Below, one piece after another: positions 41,101 to 49,213 of a stretch of 64,000 nt of DNA. The stretch is taken from positions 2,048,001 through 2,112,000 of the forward strand of contig CAXXWQ010000003.1 of the NCBI GenBank assembly GCA_963674945.2. The letters run 5' to 3'. Every line of letters begins with the position of its first letter. Position 1 is the first letter of the stretch. The position numbers and the translations under genes are program-made. The notes below the pieces were generated by a model. The model was not told the origin of the DNA. It was given only the letters and a program-made list of their open reading frames with translations, and did not search any database. Source of the DNA: an uncultured Desulfosarcina sp. Lineage in GTDB: Bacteria; Desulfobacterota; Desulfobacteria; Desulfobacterales; Desulfosarcinaceae.

Positions 41101-41950
41101 CGTTGAGCCGGGGCAAAAGATCCTTGTATTCCGGGGCGGCCAGTGTGAGAGAAAACATCATCGGGTTGATCAACACCTGGATGCGGGGGCGGTAACCATC
41201 CATGAAGTAGTGCTCGACGATATGATCGGCCCCGCGATTACCGCGATCGGCATCCTTGTACCGATGATGGAAAACAGGAATCACATTGGCACCGTGGGCC
41301 TCTACGGACCGGACGATGGCGTCGATGAAGGCGATATTGTTATTCAGCCAATAGATCTGGTAAAACCACAATCCCACGGTGGGTTTGGTCCGATCGACCT
41401 TTTGGTCCAGATAGTCGGCGAGATCGGGAATCCCGGGCAGGTCCGGATGGTAGATGCCCTCGTGGGGCAGGGTGATTGCCGGCTGGAAGGACTCATTTTC
41501 GTCGAATAGGCGATTGTAGAGATAGACGAGCAATTGAGTGAAATTCACATGACCGCCATGAAGCAGATAGTGGTTCATGTCATCCCAGACGGGTGTGCCG
41601 AAATCCGGGCTATTCGCACGGGCCGCCTCCACCGTATCCTCGTAACCGCCCGTTGGCTGGATGTGCAGGTAGGGTCGTCGGCCTTCGGGCAGGTCGGCCA
41701 GTGCCTCCATCAGCATATCGAAGGCGGGAAAGGATGGTTTTCCGCCGTGAAGGGTGACGACGATGGCATCGGCCTTGATCGCATGATCCACGAAGGCCTG
41801 CTGCCGCGCCTGGTCGAACAACTGAGCCTGGGTGCGGGCATGGACGCGGATGTCGCCACCGGCATCGATGAATTGACGCACGCCTTCGCTTAAGGAGGGA
41901 AGTTCCATGGCCGTGGCCGAATAGTAGCATAGGGTATAAGGTCGCATCAT
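38141..41950 (-). CDS. cobN: Cobaltochelatase subunit CobN (cytoplasmic)
   Basis: QPEFDG, HVGKHGSLEWLPGK, PGEGTQAKRR, LPTGRNFY, RISGFFRDSFP and NPKWLEGMKRHGYKGA motifs. Confidence 0.93.
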   Translation of the reverse strand: MMRPYTLCYYSATAMELPSLSEGVRQFIDAGGDIRVHARTQAQLFDQARQQAFVDHAIKADAIVVTLHGGKPSFPAFDMLMEALADLPEGRRPYLHIQPTGGYEDTVEAARANSPDFGTPVWDDMNHYLLHGGHVNFTQLLVYLYNRLFDENESFQPAITLPHEGIYHPDLPGIPDLADYLDQKVDRTKPTVGLWFYQIYWLNNNIAFIDAIVRSVEAHGANVIPVFHHRYKDADRGNRGADHIVEHYFMDGYRPRIQVLINPMMFSLTLAAPEYKDLLPRLNVPCIQAMVSMDPYAQWKESIQGMHTMDVSYSAAQPEFDGALITVPVATREQETTDPVTGALLSKYMPITERVDKMVRLALNWGRLSVKTNTERKVAIVFHHYPPRNDRIGCAAGLDSFSSVKHLLDRMQADGYRIERTYTDGDELAHDMLSRMTCDRRWLTPDQLAERAEAHADRKWFTAWHDARPVPIREKMTADWGKIPGDLFVHEDEMHFAGIVNGNVFMTIQPPRGYLENIDAIYHDMYLSPPHHYLAHYRWIRDVFKADVVVHVGKHGSLEWLPGKSLGLSETCYPDLAIMDLPNVYPYIINDPGEGTQAKRRSYACIIDHLTPAYTNADLYDDLGKVQGLVTDYAMAVAEDPAKMEILRPMIWEAVEAADLDKDLELSRETAFGDFDGFLEKLHAYIEELSDTMINDGLHVMGMAPEAARLEEFVVQLTRLANGSVPSLREAMVRDMGFDYDDVLENRGKRPDRFGGLSGAEIIRKAHEKALSLAHGLAATDYRPDRVAAVTADLLDSPSPDADEVLAYIADTLVPNIRRCTDEIDHSFTGFNGGFVPPGPSGAPTRGQADILPTGRNFYSVDPNKIPTPAAWKVGIRLGDALIERYLEESGRYPDNIGILVYGTSTMRTRGDDIAEIYYLMGVRPVWAKGSGNVTGLEVIPASELKRPRLDVTPRISGFFRDSFPNLVARIDEAVQMVAALTEPPESNFVRRNVYKDLEEYRQMGMDEQEAYREATFRVFGCPPGTYGAGVAELVESKNWKTQEDLGNNYIRYSSHAYGQGSYGKQKPDAYRKNLSRMDVTVKNEDSREYDMMSCTDYYNYYGGMIVAVKTVRDHLPFSVMGDSADPKRVKMRTTFEEAKHVLRSRLVNPKWLEGMKRHGYKGAGDISHMMDVVLGWDATAEVIDDWMYEKIANAYALDPEMQEWMKQVNPFALQNILDKLLEAINRGMWDADDEMEEKLRDAYLEMEGEIEEWSDRKPVTSDQVIGDR

Positions 41951-41956
41951 ATTTTC

Positions 41957-43342
41957 TTACACAGCCTCCAAAGTGCAGGTTTTCGAAGTCTTGTTCCCGT
42001 CGATTGCGGGAAAGCGCTTTTCGATGAGATCCAGCAAGTGGGTGACATCATCGCATCTTGACATATTCTCCTGATCATCTTCCGGCAACAGACACGAACC
42101 ATTGTCTTTCCGAATGGTGAAGACCGGCTTCCCCCCGTGGATGGCCGCTTGCAGCAGCACCATGTTGCCCATGTTCATTTGATGGATGGGAAATCCACAG
42201 TCGATCACCATGTCGCATTTATCGATTCGGCTTTGGGCCTGGCCCAAAAGGTCCCCAGTGATGCATTCCAGGGCCTCTTGTGTCAGGCAGCTGGCACCGA
42301 GGGAGCGGGCCACGAAGTAGTCCAAGTCGTTGGTGTGGAGCACCCCGGTTGCGATGGCAAACCCACGCTTGGCCAACATGCGGTACACCAGGGCACCGCT
42401 GCCCATGCCGGCCACCACGAATGCCCGGCCCCGATTGCCACTGCCGCGCAGTTCGATGCTGCCCAGTTGATGATCGAAATCGGCGCCGTCGAAGTCATAG
42501 AGGGCCGCCACGGCGTGGTTTTTCAATACGGATTCGGGGGGGCCCCAGGCCGTTACTTTTCCCGACTTGATCAGGGCCACCTGATCGGCCACTTTGGCCG
42601 CCACGTCCACGTCGTGCAGGGACGCCACGACGGTGATGCCCTCGCTGCGGCACAGGTTGCGCAAAATTCCCATCACCTCCACCCGGTGTTTGAGATCCAG
42701 GTGCAAGGTGGGTTCATCCAGCAAAAGAAGTCGCGGTTGCTGGGCCAATGCCCGGGCCACCAGGGCTTTCTGGCGTTCACCATCGGAAAGGTCGCTGAAG
42801 ATTCGCGTCACCAGATTGTCGGCATGGACGGCGGAAAGTGCGTGGAGAACCACCTGTTTGTCCGCTTCGCTCAACCGCCCGAGAAAATCGGTGTGGGGGT
42901 AGCGGCCCAGGGCAACGAATTCATACACCGTGAAAAGTGGCGGCGAGATTTTTTCGGTGAGCACGACGGCCATGAATTTCGCAAGATCAAGGGAGTTCAT
43001 TGTTGACAGGGGGCTTCCCCGAAGCGTTATGCCGCCCCACAATGGCGCCAGGTGACCGGACAGGGTACGAAGCAACGTTGTCTTTCCGGCGCCGTTGGGG
43101 CCCAGCAGGGCGATGAACTGCCCGGCTGTGAATTCCAGGTTCAGGCCGCTTAAAACGACCTTGTCCTTGTAGCCGACGCTCAGGTCGCGGCAGGATAGGA
43201 TCGGTGATGCGTGATGGGTGATGGGTGATGGGTGATCAGTGAACGGTGACAGGTTATTTGAAGAATCATGATGTCTTATTTTTTTTGGTATCATGTTTGA
43301 AGACTCCATATTTTGCGTTATCGTAAACAACTTACTCATCAC
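41957..43342 (-). CDS. FepC/BtuD-like ABC ATPase with C-terminal extension (start uncertain)
   Basis: GPNGAGKTT, LSDGERQ and LDEPTLHLD motifs plus an extra domain GSGALVYR..ATGVLHTND. Confidence 0.88.
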   Translation of the reverse strand: MMSKLFTITQNMESSNMIPKKIRHHDSSNNLSPFTDHPSPITHHASPILSCRDLSVGYKDKVVLSGLNLEFTAGQFIALLGPNGAGKTTLLRTLSGHLAPLWGGITLRGSPLSTMNSLDLAKFMAVVLTEKISPPLFTVYEFVALGRYPHTDFLGRLSEADKQVVLHALSAVHADNLVTRIFSDLSDGERQKALVARALAQQPRLLLLDEPTLHLDLKHRVEVMGILRNLCRSEGITVVASLHDVDVAAKVADQVALIKSGKVTAWGPPESVLKNHAVAALYDFDGADFDHQLGSIELRGSGNRGRAFVVAGMGSGALVYRMLAKRGFAIATGVLHTNDLDYFVARSLGASCLTQEALECITGDLLGQAQSRIDKCDMVIDCGFPIHQMNMGNMVLLQAAIHGGKPVFTIRKDNGSCLLPEDDQENMSRCDDVTHLLDLIEKRFPAIDGNKTSKTCTLEAV

Positions 43343-43365
43343 CCATTACTGATCACTCACCACTG
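43203..43365. repeat. TGATGGG/TCACCCA-family heptamer repeats in and before the ABC ATPase 5' end
   Basis: GGTGATG-CGTGATG-GGTGATG-GGTGATG-GGTGATC (43203-43237) and inverted CTCATCACCCATTACTGATCAC (43335-43356). Confidence 0.8.
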
Positions 43366-43372
43366 AAGTAAG

Positions 43373-44422
43373 TTACATCTTCACCCGACGCTTGAGCAAA
43401 AGCCCGATCACCACCGGCGCGCCGAAAAAAGCGGTGATGGCCGAAAGTGGCAATTCCACGGGCGAGAGCAGCATACGGGCGATCAGATCACACAGACTGA
43501 CGACCAGGGAGCCCAACAGGCAGGCGCCGGGAATCAGAATGCGGTTGTCCGACGTCTGGAAAATCAAACGCGCCATGTGAGGAACGGCCAGTCCCACGAA
43601 GGCCACCGGACCGGCCATGGCGGTGATCATACCGGCCAGGGCGCAGGCACAGAGCAAAATCAATACACGGAAACGGCGGATATTGACCCCCATGGAGGCG
43701 GCATAGGTCTCACCGAGAAGAAATGCGTTGAGCGGCTTACTTAAAAAATAGACAAAGGCAAGGATCAGGCCGCCGACGAGCACCAGCACACCGATTTCGC
43801 TCCATTTGAAGCCGGAAAAGCTGCCCAGCTGCCATAAAACAAAGCCCTTGATCTTCTCTTTTTCCGCCAGGGCCGTGAGGACGCTGGTTATCGCGTGGCA
43901 CAAATACCCCATCATCAGTCCCACGATCAGCAAGGTGATGCCGTTTTTCACCTTCGATGCCACGGCAATGACGATCACCATTACCCCATAGGCGCCGATG
44001 AAGGCGGCGAGGGTGGTCATAAATGGCGAGAGCACCGTCATGCCCACCGTGAGGGTGGTGAGCATGACGACGGAGACCATCACCGTGGCGCCATGGGAGA
44101 TGCCCAGAATAAAGGGACCAACGATGGGATTGCGGAAATAGACCTGCAAGAGAAGTCCCGAGGTGGCCAAAAAGGCTCCGCTAAAAATGGCGGCAATGGC
44201 CCGGGGAATACGAATTTTCCATACGATGGATCCGGCGGTGGCGTCGATATGGGGATGGACGATTGCCTGCCATACTTCAGCTGGAGAAAAAAAGACCGAT
44301 CCGATACCGATGTTGAGGAGCATCAGGACGAGGGTCAATGTTCCTATAAGGGCAAAGACGACCGATGGTCTGCGTAAAAAGATGAAATTGAACGTGGGAA
44401 CGGTTTGCCGGGCAGTGCTCAT
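43373..44422 (-). CDS. FecCD/BtuC-family ABC permease
   Basis: IRIPRA, FRNPIVGPFILG and FVGLAVPHMAR motifs. Confidence 0.9.
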   Translation of the reverse strand: MSTARQTVPTFNFIFLRRPSVVFALIGTLTLVLMLLNIGIGSVFFSPAEVWQAIVHPHIDATAGSIVWKIRIPRAIAAIFSGAFLATSGLLLQVYFRNPIVGPFILGISHGATVMVSVVMLTTLTVGMTVLSPFMTTLAAFIGAYGVMVIVIAVASKVKNGITLLIVGLMMGYLCHAITSVLTALAEKEKIKGFVLWQLGSFSGFKWSEIGVLVLVGGLILAFVYFLSKPLNAFLLGETYAASMGVNIRRFRVLILLCACALAGMITAMAGPVAFVGLAVPHMARLIFQTSDNRILIPGACLLGSLVVSLCDLIARMLLSPVELPLSAITAFFGAPVVIGLLLKRRVKM

Positions 44423-45543
44423 GAATGTTCTCCATTTTCCACTGGATCTGTGTCGGGCAGTTCAATGAAATATCGGCGCTTGAAATCGGGATAGACCTCG
44501 GGGTGAAGAATCGCTGCGATTTCGGTGAGAATCTCGTCCAGATGATCGCCGGATTGGACGTAGTGGGGCAATGGCGAATAAACCTTTCCCGACCTGATGG
44601 GCCGGATATCGGAAAGCAACGGGTTCAGGCGTGCCAGTGCCGCCTTGGAGGTCACGCCGTTCTCTTTGGTACGGTAGGTGAAATAAATATCGGCATCCTG
44701 GCCGCTGTAGAGAAAACGTTCCACGGCGATTTCGATACAGGATGTGCCGTAGACATCGTCGAAGAGGTAATCGCTTTCGGCAAGGCCGACCAGTTCTCCC
44801 ACCCAGGCGTTGCCCGGTTCCACCAACACCCGCTTTTCATAGATATCGCCCCACATCACCTTGGGGGGCGGTCCGGCGCCCGCCGTCCGTTCCCGGATGT
44901 CGATCAGGGCCTGGTTCACCCGGTTGAAAAAGGCATCGGCTTCCTTCTCCCGTTGGAAGAAAGGTGCAAGGAACTGGACGAATCGCATGCGCGCGTTGAG
45001 ACACATGGCCGTCGGTGTGGAAGTGATGGCACATGGGATCGAAAGCTCGTCAAGCATGGGGATGACGGCATGATCCCAGGTGAGCACTATCTCCGGTTTC
45101 TGCTGCTGTAGTCGTTCGAAATCAATGCTGCTGGCGTCCCCCAGAAAGGCGATTTTTCCGGATGCCATGCCTTGTTTCACCTCTTCGATGTACCATTTGT
45201 TCTCCGGTGCCGTGACCCCCACCAGTACATCCTCGAGGACACCCAGTGCGCGCAGGGTGGCCACATCGAAATAGCCGTAAGCGACGATTCGTTTCACAGG
45301 CGTTCTTACCAGTCGCGAAGGCGTCACATCCACGGGCGCCGAAACATCCCGTGGAACCAGAACAAGTGTTCTTCCTGCGCCGTCGCGCACCTCGGTTCGC
45401 TGGGGAGAAATGCGGTTGACGGTGAATTCGCCAACTTGAATGAACGACCCCATCTTTTCACTACTTTTGGAGGTGCAGGCGCAAATGAGCACGGTAGTCA
45501 AGAAAATCACGATGTGTAGCATTATTTTGGATTGTTGATGCAT
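44419..45543 (-). CDS. Periplasmic binding lipoprotein (BtuF/FepB-like)
   Basis: Lipobox-like LICAC; RTPVKRIV, IDFERL...KPE and AAILHPE motifs. Confidence 0.85.
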   Translation of the reverse strand: MHQQSKIMLHIVIFLTTVLICACTSKSSEKMGSFIQVGEFTVNRISPQRTEVRDGAGRTLVLVPRDVSAPVDVTPSRLVRTPVKRIVAYGYFDVATLRALGVLEDVLVGVTAPENKWYIEEVKQGMASGKIAFLGDASSIDFERLQQQKPEIVLTWDHAVIPMLDELSIPCAITSTPTAMCLNARMRFVQFLAPFFQREKEADAFFNRVNQALIDIRERTAGAGPPPKVMWGDIYEKRVLVEPGNAWVGELVGLAESDYLFDDVYGTSCIEIAVERFLYSGQDADIYFTYRTKENGVTSKAALARLNPLLSDIRPIRSGKVYSPLPHYVQSGDHLDEILTEIAAILHPEVYPDFKRRYFIELPDTDPVENGEHS

Positions 45544-45570
45544 GGTTCCTCTTCCTTCACCGGATGCAGT

Positions 45571-46464
45571 TCATGGTTCACGGTTCACAGTTCGAGGTTC
45601 ATAATTTACAGGTTGAAGTTCATTGTTTACCGTGTCAATGTATAATGAAATCTTACGATTATCCGGTTTTCGATAAATCGCCCATTCGGTCAGGTACATG
45701 ACCAGACCGATGGTAAACAAAAGCAGCCCGGCCAGATAGAGTCCCACCCCCGGGTCCTTGCGGACGATCAGGTCGACGCGCTCCCGGCGATTCATGCCGC
45801 CCTCTTTCATTTTCGGCTCGAAATCCTTGAGAAAGATCCCATATCCCTTGCACCGCAGCGGTCGCATACACCCCAAAACGACGGATCTTCGATGCTCGCC
45901 ATCTGATATCAACAACTTCGCCCGGGGTCGCAATACCCGCTTTTCGAATGCGGGCAGGCGGTCTGTTTGGTAGTATACAGAATCCAATTGGATGAGTGTT
46001 ATCCTGGTGTTCGTGCCGGGAAGTGCAAAAGGGACGCCGGGAATCAACGTTCGGGTGTCGAGCACCTGTGCGAAGAGATAGCTGCACAGGTAGCCGACCA
46101 AGATGACGATCATGGCGTAATGCATGATGTGGGGGGCAAATTTGAAGATCAGCCGCCGGCGGCTAAAGTTCGCCCGTTTGGCCATGAGAGAAACAACACG
46201 ATCCGTGGTGCAAATGAAAGTGTTGATGCAAAGCAGGGCCAAAAGGATCAACAATATGAAAAACCATAAGGTGTGGGCCAGGTTGCTTACACCATAGGTT
46301 TTAATCCATGGTCCAAGACCGATGTCGTTCAATGGGGAAAAAAGGAAAGTGCGGCGATTCAGGCAGATGTACCCAACGGTCAAATCGGCTGTGAGCAACA
46401 GGCAAAGTACCACCGTAAGATGGATGCTGCCGAGTTTATGCCATACAAACGAGAAAAATTTCAT
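45571..46464 (-). CDS. ResB/CcsB-like (System II cytochrome c biogenesis) membrane protein
   Basis: KLGSIHL, WF..LL.LL.IN..ICT, PHIMH..MIVILVGY and C-terminal RKDPG plus TM helix. Confidence 0.7.
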   Translation of the reverse strand: MKFFSFVWHKLGSIHLTVVLCLLLTADLTVGYICLNRRTFLFSPLNDIGLGPWIKTYGVSNLAHTLWFFILLILLALLCINTFICTTDRVVSLMAKRANFSRRRLIFKFAPHIMHYAMIVILVGYLCSYLFAQVLDTRTLIPGVPFALPGTNTRITLIQLDSVYYQTDRLPAFEKRVLRPRAKLLISDGEHRRSVVLGCMRPLRCKGYGIFLKDFEPKMKEGGMNRRERVDLIVRKDPGVGLYLAGLLLFTIGLVMYLTEWAIYRKPDNRKISLYIDTVNNELQPVNYEPRTVNREP

Positions 46465-46474
46465 GATTTTCAAT

Positions 46475-47320
46475 TTACAGTGGCCAACGCAACGGCCCCA
46501 GCTCCGGAACACAGTTCAACCCCAGGACCACAAGCGCACCGGCGGCGGCATACAGGCTTCGCGCGCGGGTGGACCAGGTCCCGGTCAGATGAAGGTGAAG
46601 CAGACAAATATAAAAAAACCACGTGGCCATTGTCGTGGTAATGGCCGGGTCATCCCAAACCACCGGTGTCCCCCATCCCAGGTAGGACCACAACTCTCCG
46701 GCGAACATGGAAAGCGTTAAAAAGGCAAAGCCCCAGATGGCCCAGTGCATGGTGCGAGAAGAGGGGGAGGAGGCGTTCGATGGACGATGGACGAGGGATG
46801 AGGGACGATTCGTGGGCCGTCGGTTTCGTCCCTCATCCCTCGTCTTTCTTCCTTCGTTTTCGCTTTTCTCTATCAATCCTGCCATGGCCCAGGCGGCGGA
46901 AAAAAGAAAACACCCCCTGCCTGCCACGCCAAACCGGAAGAAAAGATGAGCCCAGACGGTTTGTGATTTGATGAACGGAATGTAGTAGTTCTTGGGGAAC
47001 AGCACTCCAGCAAGGGCAATGACGACAATCCACGTCAAGATGATACGCAGCGGACACGAACCATTTTTACATGGATACCCGATCGCGAAGGCCACTGTCC
47101 CCATGAAAACTGGCAGTGCCTGGACACCCGCGTACATGGGCAGCATGGGCCAGGCGATCCAATATCGCCCGATTAGGGCAGTTGCGTTGGCCAAGAGGGC
47201 GAAAACGAGAAAAAAGAGAAGCGTCCGCGGACGCCGGGAAAACCAGATGGCGGACACAAGGCTCAGTATATAGAGTCCTGTGGCGATTTTGAAAAGCTGC
47301 TGTGTGTCGGTCAAGGTCAT
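46475..47320 (-). CDS. CcsA/ResC-like WWD-domain membrane protein
   Basis: WAHL, GELWSYLGWGTPVVWDDP (WWD-like) and WFFY..LLH motifs. Start 47320 lies after the riboswitch terminator. Confidence 0.8.
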   Translation of the reverse strand: MTLTDTQQLFKIATGLYILSLVSAIWFSRRPRTLLFFLVFALLANATALIGRYWIAWPMLPMYAGVQALPVFMGTVAFAIGYPCKNGSCPLRIILTWIVVIALAGVLFPKNYYIPFIKSQTVWAHLFFRFGVAGRGCFLFSAAWAMAGLIEKSENEGRKTRDEGRNRRPTNRPSSLVHRPSNASSPSSRTMHWAIWGFAFLTLSMFAGELWSYLGWGTPVVWDDPAITTTMATWFFYICLLHLHLTGTWSTRARSLYAAAGALVVLGLNCVPELGPLRWPL

Positions 47321-47341
47321 CGCTCTTTTCCCATTTTTCTC

Positions 47342-47366
47342 AAAAAAAAGCCCCTGACAGGGGCTT
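47342..47366 (-). terminator. Terminator of riboswitch 3 expression platform
   Basis: Minus strand AAGCCCCTGTCAGGGGCTTTTTTTT. Confidence 0.75.
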
Positions 47367-47524
47367 GGCAGCATCACGATGGTGGGAAGTGGGCAAGGCA
47401 GTCGTTTGCGCTACCATGACCGGTTCATCGAGTGCGACCGAATCCTCGTCAGTCTCACCTAAGTTGAGCGATTCAGCACTTTGAGAAAATTTGAAACGCT
47501 CAGTTTAGGTCTCATTCACTCCTC

Positions 47525-47725
47525 ATGCATTCGGCAGGTCTTCTGGCTTCGCCGCTTCCTTGGACAGCCTTCCCATCCCAAGATCATCGGGACAGTGGCA
47601 ATGTTGCCCTGGAAAAACTCCTCTTCATTTATGAAAAGGCGGCGTTACAGCGTCGGGTACGCTCCCGATTCTCACGGGATTCCCTATTATCACCAAGTAT
47701 TACAGGTCTTGGCGGCCGAGCGCAT
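47525..47725 (-). ncRNA. Cobalamin riboswitch 3 (variant, paralog of riboswitch 2)
   Basis: ATAGGGAATCCCGTGAGAATCGGGAGCGTACCCGACGCTGTAACGCCG...GCCACTG...GGGAAGG...AAGCCAGAAGACCTGCC. Confidence 0.9.
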
Positions 47726-47760
47726 TGGGGGATATTTTGTTATTTTGCTCCTTGTTTTTT

Positions 47761-47848
47761 AGTTCACGGTTCTCAGTTCTCGGTTCAAAGTTCTCGGTTC
47801 ACTGTTATCCGGTTACGGTATTGAACTGTGAACTGAGAACCGTGAACT
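47761..47848. repeat. Inverted pair of GTTCWCR heptamer arrays
   Basis: GTTCACG-GTTCTCA-GTTCTCG... followed by GAACTGT-GAACTGA-GAACCGT-GAAC. Confidence 0.85.
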
Positions 47849-47849
47849 T

Positions 47850-49211
47850 TTACTGATTACCGATGTTTCCCACTGTTGCTTGGGATAACATCGCCAATTG
47901 CTTAAGGGCCGTATTGGCAGCCTCACGCTGGCGTTGATGGCAGGCCGCCTCGGTAAAAGCTTTTTTACTGGTTGTGAGATCATTCATCTGCCAGGCGGCA
48001 TATCCGGCCATGAGCCAGGCCCTGCCGACGTGACGGCCTTTTTTTCGGGCGGCTTTTTCATAGGCGTCGACCGCCTGGCCGTATTGTTTCAGGCTGTAAT
48101 ACAGCTCTCCCTTGAGCAGCATGATGTCAGCATCGTCAGCTTCCGGCTCCATTTCATCAATTGCCGCAAGGGCCGTCTCGGGCTTGCCCAGTTGCCGATA
48201 GGCCATGGCCAGTTGCTCCAGGATCTGCTTGTCGTGATTTTCCCGAAGACAGTTTTCATACAGGGGTGCGGCTTTTACGGGGACGTTGAGCTGCAGATTG
48301 AGATCGGCCAGGAGTCTTTTCTCATCCAATGAAAGTGGGGTGATAAATGCATAGATGGTCATTGCCATCAATGCGTCCTCATACCGTTCGGCGTTCAACT
48401 GGATGTGGGTCAGTGCTTTCCACCATTTGGCAAAAGTGGGGGTTTGCCGGGTCAACGTATGCGCCAGATCCAGGGCCTTGTCCTGCATGTTCAACTGCAT
48501 GTATTGCTGAAGCAGTATCTCCTGCCATTGGATCTGTTTGTCACCCGTGTAGGCCTGTGCGAGTTCCTGGACGAAGGGCAGGGCACGCCGGGGTTGGTCC
48601 GCTGCGAGCAAGGCATGGACCATGTGCTCCTTCCATTCCAATTTGACGGCATCCGGATGAAGGGCAAACAAATTTTCGAAGATGTCGATGGCCCTGAGAT
48701 TGTCTTCTGCCATCAGATAGGCGGCCGCGCTGTAGTAGAGATACTCCGGATTTTTCTCCGTCGATGTTTCATACCCTTTTCCGAAACATCGACCGGCTTC
48801 GGTAAAGTGATCCAATTCATAGTGCGCTTTGGCTAGGTTCAGCCAGGCATAGCTGTGGGTGTTATCACGCTTGACGGCGTTTTCATACGCCGCTATGGCC
48901 GGTTCGTGCTGCTCTTGGAGAAGGTAGCAGTTGCCCATGCAAAAATAGATCTCCGCGTGTTGGTATCCCTTGGGGTCGGCCTTGCCGGGATCCAGGGAGG
49001 AGCCGCTACGGGCCGAAAACGCCTGAAGCGTATCGATGGCCTTTTGATACTCCCTGTTTTGCATCATGGGACCGACCTTGGCGAGAACCACCTGTACGGG
49101 CAGGGGAAGGCTCTTGCTAGTAAAGCTTTTCCCCGCGAACCCATTTGTCGGGGTAAGAAACAATATCAGCATAAAGCCGATCAGCAGCCTATAAATTCGA
49201 ATTGTTGCCAT
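47850..49211 (-). CDS. Exported TPR-repeat protein of the TonB cluster (TtpD-like)
   Basis: Signal peptide; multiple TPR units such as IYFCMGNCY...AIAAYENAV. Confidence 0.85.
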   Translation of the reverse strand: MATIRIYRLLIGFMLILFLTPTNGFAGKSFTSKSLPLPVQVVLAKVGPMMQNREYQKAIDTLQAFSARSGSSLDPGKADPKGYQHAEIYFCMGNCYLLQEQHEPAIAAYENAVKRDNTHSYAWLNLAKAHYELDHFTEAGRCFGKGYETSTEKNPEYLYYSAAAYLMAEDNLRAIDIFENLFALHPDAVKLEWKEHMVHALLAADQPRRALPFVQELAQAYTGDKQIQWQEILLQQYMQLNMQDKALDLAHTLTRQTPTFAKWWKALTHIQLNAERYEDALMAMTIYAFITPLSLDEKRLLADLNLQLNVPVKAAPLYENCLRENHDKQILEQLAMAYRQLGKPETALAAIDEMEPEADDADIMLLKGELYYSLKQYGQAVDAYEKAARKKGRHVGRAWLMAGYAAWQMNDLTTSKKAFTEAACHQRQREAANTALKQLAMLSQATVGNIGNQ

Positions 49212-49213
49212 GG

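Noticed and set aside
39902..41509. 535-aa plus-strand ORF and similar long ORFs (26879-28126, 38129-39430, 59683-60825)
   Set aside because: Antisense shadows of GC3-rich genes (cobN, TBDR1, CobN-like), with no recognisable motifs.
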